The notes under the pieces were generated by a model, which had not been told where the DNA came from, did not search any database, and saw only the letters and a list, made by a program, of their open reading frames with translations. A program made the position numbers and the translations under genes. A stretch of 63,972 nucleotides of DNA, the filler included, from Klebsormidium nitens (taxonomy: Eukaryota > Plantae > Klebsormidiophyceae): NCBI GenBank assembly GCA_000708835.1. It is 4 parts of 4 records of this genome, joined end to end, with 100 filler letters (N's around TTAATTAATTAA, not from the genome) between each part and the next. Parts side by side here need not be neighbours in the genome. Positions count along the whole stretch, not along the records: positions 1 to 13,345 come from DF238069.1; positions 13,446 to 35,280 come from DF237904.1; 2 more parts are not named here. One strand, written 5' to 3'. This document shows, in pieces, positions 13,252-23,452 of this stretch; positions within the stretch are counted from its first letter, which is position 1, and every line of letters begins with the position of its first letter.

Positions 13252-13345
13252 TGACTTCAGCGCCTGTAACGAGGCGAGTAGAGTCGGCAGGGTGCTTCAT
13301 GAGGGCAGGAAGAGCTGTTGAAGCGTTTTTTTGGACGAAGTGTAA

Positions 13346-13445
13346 NNNNNNNNNNNNNNNNNNNNNNNNNNNNNNNNNNNNNNNNNNNNTTAATTAATTA
13401 ANNNNNNNNNNNNNNNNNNNNNNNNNNNNNNNNNNNNNNNNNNNN
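13346..13445. other. Assembly gap with artificial TTAATTAATTAA linker
   Basis: 44 N + TTAATTAATTAA + 44 N; the same structure occurs at 35281 and 61070. Confidence 0.97.
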
Positions 13446-13991
13446 CTGCAAGAGGGCGCTTCCAGGTTTTCCATGGCTGCTGCATAGGCGACAGAGTTTC
13501 CGCTTCGTTCTCTGATCGTATTGCCGCTTTATAGCTGAGGCTTTAGGGCAAACGTCACACCAAGCATCTCCAGTTCGAAAAATTCGTTTTCGCACGTCGC
13601 TCACTTTGGTAGTCACAAATACTTCGAGTTTGGCGCGACAGCACTCGGCCGGTCACCGAATGTAGCCCCTTGGAAGGAGCAAATCCGCAAATGTTGGATC
13701 AGACATGCAGGTTCTGGGTACTGACCGGACTTCCGAACCGTCCGATCGACATAGAAAGAAAGTTTTGTACGTATAAGGCCCTGTTCCGTATAAGGTTCTG
13801 TTTTATGAAAAAGGACTGTACAGCCGGAGGCTGCGCGGGGTATCTTTGTACCGTGCCCGGGAGGCAACCGGGCCCTCCTAGGCTTGTGACATTTGGGTCT
13901 CGCGAGCTGCCGGGTGACAACCGGGCCTTCCCTGATAGGTATACCTACCTGGGATATTGAAATGTCGCTGGTCACTCACGCAAGTACGACG

Positions 13992-14523
13992 AAGCATTCT
14001 CCTTTTGTTAGTGTCTCAGGCTTCAAAAAGTGTGAAACATTTCACACGCGGGGTCATAGGCTCTCAAGGTGTCCGCGTGGAATATGTCAGATCAGGTCCT
14101 TCGATCAAAACTTTGTCAGAGTTGTCAGATTTTATTGTACAGTATGCGGTACGGACTCGGTACAGGTGGGGACCGGGTCAGAGAAAGTGGCTACATACAC
14201 TAAACCAAAAGGACTCTGCCCGGTTGTCACTGTCAGTGAGGAACCCTAATGTCACTGGGAAATGACGTAACCCTAACAAAACGCTTGTCGATTGCCCCGA
14301 CCCGTCACAGGTTTGCAACATAACCCTAAATGTCACAGTGAAGCCCCGGTCACTGTCAATGTCACTGTCAGCGTCATTGTCAGCGTCATTGTCACTGTCC
14401 TAACCACAGCCCGTAACCAATGTCAGAGTCACGACTTTGATGACTTCAGGTGTTTGCGTGTGCTTTACACCCATTTGGCGGGGCGGAGACACTAACAAAA
14501 GGAGAATGCTTTGATAGTTTTGC
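13992..14523 (+). mobile_element. MITE-like non-autonomous element with 26-bp inverted repeats and an internal (TGACAG/TGACAT)n microsatellite
   Basis: aagcattctccttttgttagtgtctc (13992-14017) is the exact reverse complement of 14486-14511. A second, inverted copy is present at 18356-18446 plus 20813-21493. Confidence 0.75.
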
Positions 14524-15329
14524 GTCACTGGATTGCTGTCAAACAGGAAGCTTCTGGACAGTGCAAGTCCTCAACAACCTCCGATGATCTGCCTTCCTTT
14601 TCTGCAGCAAACAAGGGGAAGCTTTATCGATACCTCTTCAACAAAGGGGGAGTGTTGAACAAGATCCTCGGAGTCGTAGCTGTACAGGAGGAACTTTTAG
14701 CGACCATAGCCATTCAATGTGGAAAACAAACGGAGCATGCTTAGAACTTGCTTTGAGCAAGTCTCGAGTGACTTCTGAGGTATGCACCGTCTTTCCTTAT
14801 TGCTCGTTCAGGTTAACAATGCACAATCTTGCCCGCTGTCAGGCTCATCAAGCAGACCCATTAAGTTCAGAGTCTGTGCACATGTTTCTTAAGTAGCTCT
14901 AGCGAAGCACGTCAACAGGACGTCGACTTGGATGATGAGTTCTGAGTAACATACTATTTGACTGGAGAACGTCCAGCTTCTTAGATGGTTACATCATCAC
15001 TGTGCACGATTGAAACACAGCTTTTTGTTGCACGACCCAATGCAAGCCACCCAATCCATGTCCATGTCACGTTTTTGCTTTCGCACAAGCGAATTTTCTG
15101 TGGACCGGCAGTATGGTTTGATTGCTTGTCAAGTGCTCATTCACAATGTTTCTCTTTCGCAGACGGTCATATGTTGCCTCCTCCCAGTTTTGTTATTGAA
15201 GCTTTTACTTGCCGATTCGATGCCCTCCCTGAAGCTTGAAGCCGCTATAAATGCTTGAGGCTTTGTGTGCAAAATTGTGCAGGACGAGTCAGATTGGAGC
15301 TTGTTCTACAGCCGACGTCGGCATCCCTG

Positions 15330-16200
15330 CCCCCTGCCCCACCAGCAGGCTGGTCTGACGCCCGCCACATCACAGCAGGGGCCCGAGCAGCCCGTGCACC
15401 CGCTCGCCCCTCGGCAGGACGAGGTGCCCGAGGTTGTGCACGCCGCACCGCAGCTGGGGGGCAGCCCGCCGACTCCTTCTCCCCCACCCAGGAACGGCTG
15501 CCCGGTGTCGTGCGCTTTGCGCCACAGCCTGGGGGGCAGCCCGCTCGCTCCTCCTCCCCCGCCCAAGACGCGCTGCCCGATGTCGTGCCTGGACCGTGCC
15601 GCAACATGGGAAGCGGCCCGCTGCTTCTTTCCCTTCCCCCCAGAACGTACAGCACTGCGGCGTGCGCACCGCGCCACAGCCGGAGGGGCAGCCCGCCCCT
15701 TATAACCCTCCCCCCCAAGACGGCATGCGCACTGCACCACAGCTGGAGTGGCAGCCCGCCCCTCCATTCCCTCCCCCCCGGGTCGGACAGCACCACGGTT
15801 TGCGCACCGCGCCGCAGCCGGAGAAGCAGCCCGCCCCTCCGTTCCCTCCCCCCCAGTTTGGACAGCACCGCGAGGTGCGGACCGTGCTGCAACTGGAGGG
15901 GCAGCCCGCCCCTTCCTTCCGGTCGGTCCGCCACAAGAGGGGGGGGGCGCACACTCTTTTTCCTCCACCCAGACTGGGCAGCCTTCCGACATGCGCACCG
16001 TGCTGGCCACAAGCGGACGGGCAGGCCGTCCACTCCTCCTTCCCCAACCAGGACGGGCTGCCCAGGGTCGTGCGCACCGCGCCGCAGTCGGGGCGCAGTC
16101 CGCCCGCTCCTCTCCCCCCACCCAGGACGGGAGGCTGCCTGGTGTCGTGCACGTCACGCCCCAGTTGTAAGGGCAGCCCACCCACTCCTTCCACCAGGAC
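15330..16200 (+). repeat. Degenerate ~70-bp GC-rich tandem array, reading as a Pro-rich ~24-aa repeat
   Basis: Recurring gtgcgcaccgcgccgcagc..gggcagcccgccc..tcccccc unit. It translates to (QDGLPGV)VRTAPQLEGQPAPPFPPP, with frameshifts in the C-runs. Confidence 0.8.
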
Positions 16201-18054
16201 GGGCTGTCAGAGACCACCTTGCAGGCTGCGGCTCGGGTGTCCCGCCGCAAAGAGCTTGGTGAGATTCCTCGCTCTCACTTTGCTGTAGTTCAGTATCGCC
16301 GAAGCAAAAAGGAACAGGTATACCCTTCGATTAAGTTCATAGCTCAAAACTGGTCCTAATCTTCCCTCGTAAAACTTTCATTTTGCATCTGTCTTCTTGA
16401 GGCTTCGAGTTGCTTCAGTGCGTGGACTTGGCTGAGTGACGTTTTTCTTTTTTGGTCCAGCGACGAAGAGAAAGCGAGTTGATCAAGGGAACAGCGCGCC
16501 TTCCAACTCCATACAAAGTGAGTTCCGATTTCGATCTCACCAGCACTGCACCTGTTTGACGTATTTATAGCTGGACTACATCCCTCAGATTCCGGATTCG
16601 ACGGTTATTTCACTGCGAACGATTGAACGATCTCGAAGCATCCAATGCCACATGCGAAGTGAAGTCAGTCAGAAATGTGCGCGCTGGATTTGTAACGCTC
16701 GGGTGTTGTCCGTCTAAACGGCAACAGCAGGGTGACCTAGGGCCTCATTTGAAAAGCATTGGGCATGCAAATCGAGTCCCATCTTTATGTTTCTTGCAGC
16801 TCCAGATATACATCTTCAACCCGACGTTGCAGCGCCATATCTTCAGCCCTCACCAAGTCAGTAAGCCTTAAACTCTAGCCTGTTTGTTGTGCACGCTTGA
16901 AGTCAGTTGGCCGTTTCTGCTCATGCACAGGTGTTCCCTTTTTGAACATCACCAACGTTACCTTGAAGCGGCGTGGTAGGAAGAGGAACCGAGCTGACGT
17001 GTCATCCGACCTCTACTAAGTGATTGAGCCTGGTCTTCTTGAAACTTTTGCAACCTCGTGACCGTTCCATTTGCATGAGTTTTGTGTTATGCTCTGTCGT
17101 AGCATTGCTGGACTACTTTCCTGTAGATTGTAGAAAAGATGCCTATAATGAAACGTCGCTTGAAGAAACAGTGTTCAAATGAAGTTCAAAGCTTTTCCAA
17201 ACCTCTTCAAGTCCCACAACGAAGGCCTTTCATACAAAAGACTTAGGCGGATCCACCCAACAGTCTGGTGGAAACGTGCGTGACCAGCACTCTGAGTCCC
17301 GCCAAGAGGTGAAACGAAACGGGCGGCTTCCTCTCATCAATAAACGTGGCGTACGACGGCCAGCGCTTAGCGACTCAGATCCGCCTGTGTCAGGCTTTTG
17401 AAAATGTACGAGAAGGGCCTGGTCAAACTCTTCTTACAGAAATGTTCACTCAACGAACTTATCCGCAGAACTCCGTTTCATTGCAGCATCCCAACCATGC
17501 ACCTTCGACTGCCACCAGCAATCCGTGACCAGTCACCGACAACAACTTCAAAGTGGCCAGGCGCTCTCTTCTCGACAGGCTAAGAATCATTGAGGCGGCA
17601 AAGGAATGAAAACCACTGCAGACAGCAGCCTGGTTGCGGCTTACCTAAAGTACAGTTACAGGTGCCCAAAAGCATGATTAGTATTTGTAAATACTAATTT
17701 ATACGCCACACAAATTAGGTGTACATCATCTGGTGACGGGGTTTGTTTTGGCTATTTTAAAAACTGATTGGAGCATGATTCTAATGGAATTTCAGTATTT
17801 CGGAATGAGTGTGAGTCCATCAAATCACTGCCGCTCACCATTCTGTACTGTGGAGCTAGGCGTGCTTTTTATACTCCTTCAAATTCATCATGATTTTGTC
17901 AGCGTTTCTGCTTTACCATGCCCGAAGTTCATCTTTGTTGTGCGCGGACCATATCTTTTCGAGTCAGTTCGAATCTGCCAGCGCGCAGACCGCTCGAACG
18001 CGCATGTTATGTTGGCGCGGAAGCGCGCGCGTGAAACCTTGACCGTGGTGACTG

Positions 18055-18129
18055 CCAGGGGTCCCTTCGGGCCCCCTGGCCCCGGGGCTTCGCCCCGTGA
18101 AGCCCCCTGGGGCCGCCTTCGGCGACCCC
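18055..18129. other. Three adjacent GC-rich hairpins, each with a TTC loop
   Basis: ccagggg-t-ccc TTC ggg-c-cccctgg (18055-18079); cggggc TTC gccccg (18083-18097); gggg-c-cgcc TTC ggcg-a-cccc (18109-18129). Confidence 0.85.
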
Positions 18130-18639
18130 GACCCCCCATTTCCGCTCAAAAAAACGCCCCGACCTGTACAATATTTTTTGTCTAGCTGGGGCCTCGTCGA
18201 GGCAGGTTGGGGCTGGATCACGGTGCCGTTAGAAGATTCCCGCAGGGGGGTTCCGAAGAATCGACCCAGTTGATCCATAAAGTAAACCGTGCCTAAATTT
18301 AACCGTGCCAATGGTCACTTCTTTGACTAGGAGACAGTACTACTAGGGACTACTAGCAAAAGCATCAAAGCATTCTCCTTTTATTAGTGTGTCCGACCCG
18401 CCAAATAGGTGTATTAAAGCACACTCAAAACACCTGAAGTCATCAGTAGTTTCTAGGAGAGGTATCTGTTTGGTGCTCGCCAGTGATTGCTTCATTAGTT
18501 CTGCATTATACTTAAGTTTATCTAGCTTATTTCTATGCTCGGTCCCTCTAGTTATTCCGCCCTCCTTGCTAGACTTGCTAGTTCTTTTATCTCCCGCTGA
18601 CCTGCCACTGGGCTCACTTGCGAGCTGTTTATTTGACAT

Positions 18640-18830
18640 ACTCCGCCGCACAGGCAATCCCCGCCATTCAGGCATCTCCCTGCCACGCAGGCAATCCCCG
18701 CCGCACAGGCAAATACTCCCGCCATAAATGAATCTCCTTGCCACACAGGCAATTCTCGCCGTAGTACAGGCAAATCCCCTTGCTGGGCAATCCAGGCGAT
18801 TCCCCTTGCCGCACAAACACCCTCAGCCGT
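18640..18830. repeat. Degenerate ~20-21-bp minisatellite (atcccc(t/c)tgccgcacaggcaa)
   Basis: About 8 diverged units are visible. Confidence 0.65.
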
Positions 18831-19743
18831 TCAGGCAAATCCATCTGACTTGCAGGCTACACTAGTACGGTCTCAAGCTGCATGAGTCTCGCCGAGACGC
18901 ATTGGCCTGCTGATTGCCACTTCAAATCTGCCGCTGATATTTGCATCTGGTCCACTTGTACAAGCCTATAACTTTTTTGCCGTACAAGCAAGCTTTCCTC
19001 CGGCCGGGTACACATCCGTGCCGCACATGCAACCCATCCTTGCTGCACAAGCTCAGGACAACTCAGGTCTGCCTAGCTCTCAGACAAGCTTCTCTGCCGC
19101 ACCTGGGCTTTGTCTCGTTACACGGTCCGTTAAACCATTTGCCCCCAAGGCGGCTCTGTAGTCTAGCGTGCCCCTGTGAGTTGCTGTAGCGCAATTCTTA
19201 TCCTCGTCTTACGGGCTTCACCGCTTGGGCATCCTGCGCCTGCACAAATGCTTCCATTTGCTGTTCCACTTGGCAGTTGGCGCTTTCCAACTAACTCCCA
19301 AGACGAAACTCTTGCCTCTTGTGCAGGGGCGCGTACAACTTGAACGCAAGCCTCAATTTACTCAACGAGCTCGAGAATCAGCTTGCTGCTGCTCAAGGAT
19401 TTCAATTCAGAGATCCTTGAAAGTACTTCCCTGCCCCCTTCTCATTCGACCCCAACTGAGGCGCAGCAGTCTCTAAAGTGCTGACTGACTCCGCTGATCA
19501 AGAGGAGTCGGACAGCCTGAATATCTAAGACGGCTCATCCCTTTTCGCTGCTAGTCAATATCCTATTAATTAGCAGCTACCTAATTGCTGATGCCTTAGC
19601 CGGCATACAAAGCTAGCGGCTCATTGGCAAAGCCGAACTTGGAAAAGGAAGTGCGCACTGGCTCGTTGAATGTTGCTCTCAAGGTTGCAGCTCAAACAGA
19701 AGCAGCAGAAGCGTTTGCAGTAATGCTCAACGGACTTGATGTC

Positions 19744-19790
19744 AATATCGTAATCATATCGTAATCATATCGTAATCAATATCGTAATCA
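19744..19790. repeat. 11-bp tandem repeat (atatcgtaatc)x4
   Basis: Directly visible in the sequence. Confidence 0.9.
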
Positions 19791-20461
19791 CAAGACTCAG
19801 GTGCAAACTCATCGCGCTACCTGCATGTCATTGGCTATGCTTGCTTCCCGGGCCTCAATGGAGCCTCAATCATCGAAACTTGGGCTTGATAATCCTCATC
19901 CAACTGGACTCGCGCGCATCGAACGACGCGATGTCCATGAGATGCTCTAGGTTAAACTCGCTGGCTCGGGAACTACATCCTGCACGGACATGGTCGCCTA
20001 TTGCCTACACAGTCACCAAAGCTGCTGCTGTCAGACTCTCGTTTTACAAAGAGAGCAAGCGGCTCTCAATCCTGGACCTGATCGGGCAAGGGCATGGGGA
20101 TCGAATGGTCCTTCCACCAAGGCGGAACTAAGGCCAAGCTGTGCGCCTCCACTTTGAAACCATGAAGGTTGCCGGTCTAGCAGGGAGCATCAGGCACTCG
20201 AGGCAACACCGGCAAGAATCCAGGGAGCCTTGCGATATAGAAATAGCGCAAAGAATCGAAAAGGACATGGTAGTCTAGCTACCATATTGTTAGGCTTCGC
20301 ATAATTTGGGCTCTCTGCATATCTGTAATACCTAGCTGAACTTCTTCATATTACCTGTAATTGCATAGCATAATTGTAGCCCAGTCACTTGTTGCATGGC
20401 AGTTCTAAGTAGGTAGAACGTTGGTACTCACAAACGCTGAACATTCCCATGTTTTCTTTCA

Positions 20462-20816
20462 TATGCGCTATGCACCCGGGTGTGCACGCGTTCATTAATA
20501 CGAAGTGACCATCGGGGCGAAGTCTGCACGGGGGGCATCACCAGCCGCCTAGAAGCAAGGGAACCTTGTAATTAAGAAGGTAGCGTGAAGGATCTAGAAG
20601 GACAGGCCATTGATAGTTGAGTCTGACTTTCCATGCAGTTAGGTTTTGCGTGATTTGGACTTTTTTGATTAGTCGTACGCGCGAGGGTTATCTGCATAAC
20701 ATGTACCTAGACCTGTAGGAAGATAGGATGCCAGTGCTTACGAACGCTGAATATTGCCCTGTTTTATGCGCTATGCACCTGGGTGTGCACGCGTTCATTA
20801 ATACGAAGTGACCATC
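20462..20816. repeat. 52-bp direct repeat pair with internal hairpin
   Basis: tatgcgctatgcacc(c/t)gggtgtgcacgcgttcattaatacgaagtgaccatc at 20462-20513 and 20765-20816, with one mismatch. Confidence 0.9.
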
Positions 20817-21084
20817 AGAGTCGTGACTCTGACAGTGGTAATATGACAGTGACGCTGACAGTGACATTGACATTGACATTGTTGACATTGACATTGACAC
20901 TGACACTGGACAGTGACCGGGGCTCTCAGGTGACATTAGGGTTATGTTGCAAACCTGTAACGGTTTGTGGCAATCGACTAGCGTTATTTTGGGGTTTTTT
21001 TATTTTTTCCTAGTAACATGAGGGTTACTCACTGACAATGACAACCGGGCAGAGTACTTTTGGTTTAGTGTATGTAGCCACATA

Positions 21085-21287
21085 GTTCTCGATTTTATGT
21101 TGACCAAGCGCATGTTGACTAAGTATAGTCGGACAGTGCTCGGGGGCACGAACAAACTTAAAACCCTAAACCGATAAACGACACCAGCTCCGCACCCGTA
21201 CCCAACCTAACCCCCATGCCAACCCTACCCGTCCCCCGGGTGCTTTCCCTTAGTCAACATGCCCTTAGTCAACATGAAATCGGGACC
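21085..21287. mobile_element. ~200-bp MITE with ~35-bp imperfect TIRs flanked by TA
   Basis: Left end gttctcgattttatgttgaccaagcgcatgttgactaag; right end reverse complement ggtcccgatttcatgttgactaagggcatgttgactaag. TA lies on both sides. The segment is absent from the paralogous copy at ~14190. Confidence 0.8.
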
Positions 21288-21507
21288 TATTGTACAATTG
21301 TAGCCACCTCCTCTGACCCGTTCCCCATCTGTACCGGAGGCCGTACTGCAAACTGTACGGTATATCTGACAACTCTGACGGAGTTCTGATCAAAGGACCT
21401 GATCTGACACTTTCATCCACGCGTACACCTTGAGGCCAGTGATCCCGCATGAAAATATTTTCACACTTTTTGAAGTCTGAGACACTAATAAAAAGCATCA
21501 CTGGGTC

Positions 21508-21856
21508 ACAGTAGGAATCAAGAGTCAAGACCCCCTTCCCACGTGCCAAGCTGCATCCTGAGGAAATTCCGGAAAAACGTGCCGCAATTTGCAGATTGGA
21601 TTTCCGCGTGAGTGCATTCTATGACCCAAATATTGTGCAGCATCTAAAATCCACCCAGAATTCGACCTGATGTGCCATAGGAATTAGGCCGATTATATTT
21701 AGATGCGCCCGGGGAGGAACACCGGTGTCATCGACCGAGCACAAAGACCTCATCTGCTTGAAAACCTGGCGGGCGGTTTGTCCTTGGCAGAGCCTCGAAC
21801 CCATTGAACCAGTACTAGAAGGATACCGCCCGGTGTCCCTCCTAGCCCATGTTGAT
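21508..21856. repeat. Dispersed repeat, second copy at 35452-36077
   Basis: Colinear high-identity blocks, e.g. caagacccccttc..cacgtgccaagctgcatcctgagga and atctaaaatccacccagaattcgacctga. Confidence 0.9.
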
Positions 21857-22117
21857 TTTATACAAGGTATTAAAGGCACCTGGGCCTCTGGCGCGGAAAC
21901 AAGCAATTTCGGAGTTCGTGCTTCATCAAATAATGTTTCTATACTATTTACCAAGCAGCTACTAACAACAAAGCAACATGCATGACTAACATGACATGCT
22001 ACCTCATCATGGCGTAAATACTGGCTATAAAAGTTACTTATCAATATCAATCAGAGGTTCAAAGGGTTTATCAGTTAGAGTTTCTCTAAATGATTAAATG
22101 TCAGGTTTTATGGCAAG

Positions 22118-22633
22118 CTAGTTTCCCTTCTTTTCTCCGCCCTTGTTGGCCTGCGGCAAGTTCTGGAGCAGCAGCTGGAGCGCCTGCATAACCGGAGCAG
22201 GCACTGCGGACGCCAAGGCTTGCGCCGCGGCTGCACGCCCCCCATCTAGCGCCGCATGCCCCGTGGCGGCAGTAGCCGCCTGAACCGCCCCGGCCCGAGT
22301 TGCGGAGGTTCCAACCCCTACCTCAAATGTGTTCGCCCCAGCGGCAAATCCGCTCCCCCTGCCTCCCGACTGCGCTGAGCCGAACTTACCTCTCGACACG
22401 GGTCCAAGACGCGCTAGCTTCTTCGCATAGTCCCCAAAAAAACGCTCCCCGGCGCAGAGGCTTCCCACGTCGGGGAAACACATGGCCCACGTTTTGAGCG
22501 GCAGACCAACGCGCGACATCGGCCGCCATTGTTGCGTGAGTACTTCACTCGCAATGCCAGCCTCCATCATGACATCCTTGACGTCACGCTGGAGATCAGG
22601 GAGGGGGCGGCCGACTGGGGTTGTTCTTGACAA
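22118..22633 (-). CDS. Uncharacterised ORF (171 aa), possibly TE-derived or 5'-truncated; Ala/Gly-rich tail
   Basis: Protein-like composition but no recognised motif; flanked by repeats. Confidence 0.3.
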   Translation of the reverse strand: MSRTTPVGRPLPDLQRDVKDVMMEAGIASEVLTQQWRPMSRVGLPLKTWAMCFPDVGSLCAGERFFGDYAKKLARLGPVSRGKFGSAQSGGRGSGFAAGANTFEVGVGTSATRAGAVQAATAATGHAALDGGRAAAAQALASAVPAPVMQALQLLLQNLPQANKGGEKKGN

Positions 22634-23232
22634 TCAACATAAGCCAATGCGAGGTCCGGTTGCAATTAGGCCACGCGAAGTCAATATACGGGGATTCCGG
22701 TCCATGTGTCCCCTTTCGGGGGTGGATCAGTCGGTCGGCAGATATTAATAACACATGATTTTCTGAACATGACACCGTGCCACGTCATCACTCTCTACCA
22801 TTACCGTTTCAAGTAACCATTACCGAGGGATGATCCACAGTATACAGGCTGCCTCTCTGTCTGTGGTTGGTCATTGCTGTATTATTAGGGACGGTCATTT
22901 TGTAATGGGGGCGGGGTCTGATGGGGGAGGGGGGAGGGGGGAACTTGAGCCCTCTGGCCGGGGCCCACTTTTTTGGTAGGTATAGGGGTAAAAATTCCAT
23001 TTTTTGACCCGGTTTTGCCACCGCATATGGTCAGAGGCTTAGGGCCCTTTTCCTAGGGCTCGGCTGGAGGGGAAGGGGGGCTTGAGGCCTCTCTAGAAAG
23101 GGGCCTGTAATACCTACCCCGCTGCCACTTCAAAATGACGGTACCCTAACTGGATATAAGTGGGCACCACATTCTCACCATTGCCCGGCAGTAGGGACAA
23201 CAAAGTGATTATGGCATTGTGCAACGGAAGTT

Positions 23233-23430
23233 GCGTCGGAGATATGCCTCCAAACCTAGTTGGTACCGGCAGCCCTGAACGCCCGCGTAGAACACCGAAG
23301 GGTCTTAAACCGGGCCTCATTCGGTGCCGGGACACACCGGCCGGGACTTGTTCGGTCCCGACCAATCCTTGTCCGGTACGTGAAAAGTCACCGGGTCCTG
23401 CACCAACACCGACCATGCTCCCGGAATAAA
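23233..23430. repeat. ~200-bp direct repeat, second copy at 25165-25370
   Basis: gcgtcggagatatgcctccaa..ccgaccatgctcc.ggaataaa is nearly identical in both copies; the first copy runs into the N gap. Confidence 0.9.
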
Positions 23431-23432
23431 GT

Positions 23433-23452
23433 NNNNNNNNNNNNNNNNNNNN
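23433..23452. other. Assembly gap (20 N)
   Basis: Run of N. Confidence 0.98.

Larger units (their letters stand above)
8618..13345 (-). mobile_element. Non-LTR (LINE) retrotransposon, degenerate, 5' end lost in assembly gap; RT - RNase H - CCHC finger - OTU protease - polyA
   Basis: Consecutive minus-strand ORF pieces carry RT, RNase H, CxxC..H..C and OTU motifs, joined by frameshifts and a stop. A ~76-nt 3' UTR and a 16-nt A tail (T run 8618-8633) follow the last stop at 8710. Confidence 0.92.
18356..21493 (-). mobile_element. Inverted copy of the 13992-14523 element split by a ~2.4-kb insertion (18447-20812)
   Basis: 18356-18446 matches the reverse complement of ~14437-14523, and 20813-21493 matches the reverse complement of ~14003-14443. 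CATCAG is present at both junctions (18441-18446 and 20813-20818). Confidence 0.75.

Noticed and set aside
13390-13401. Palindromic TTAATTAATTAA repeated identically at three loci
   Set aside because: It is centred in N-runs and gives stops in all six frames, so it is an artificial scaffolding linker, not biology.
15245-16288. Many long overlapping ORFs (260-335 aa) on both strands
   Set aside because: These are a by-product of a GC-rich tandem array that lacks stop codons; no single frame is maintained.
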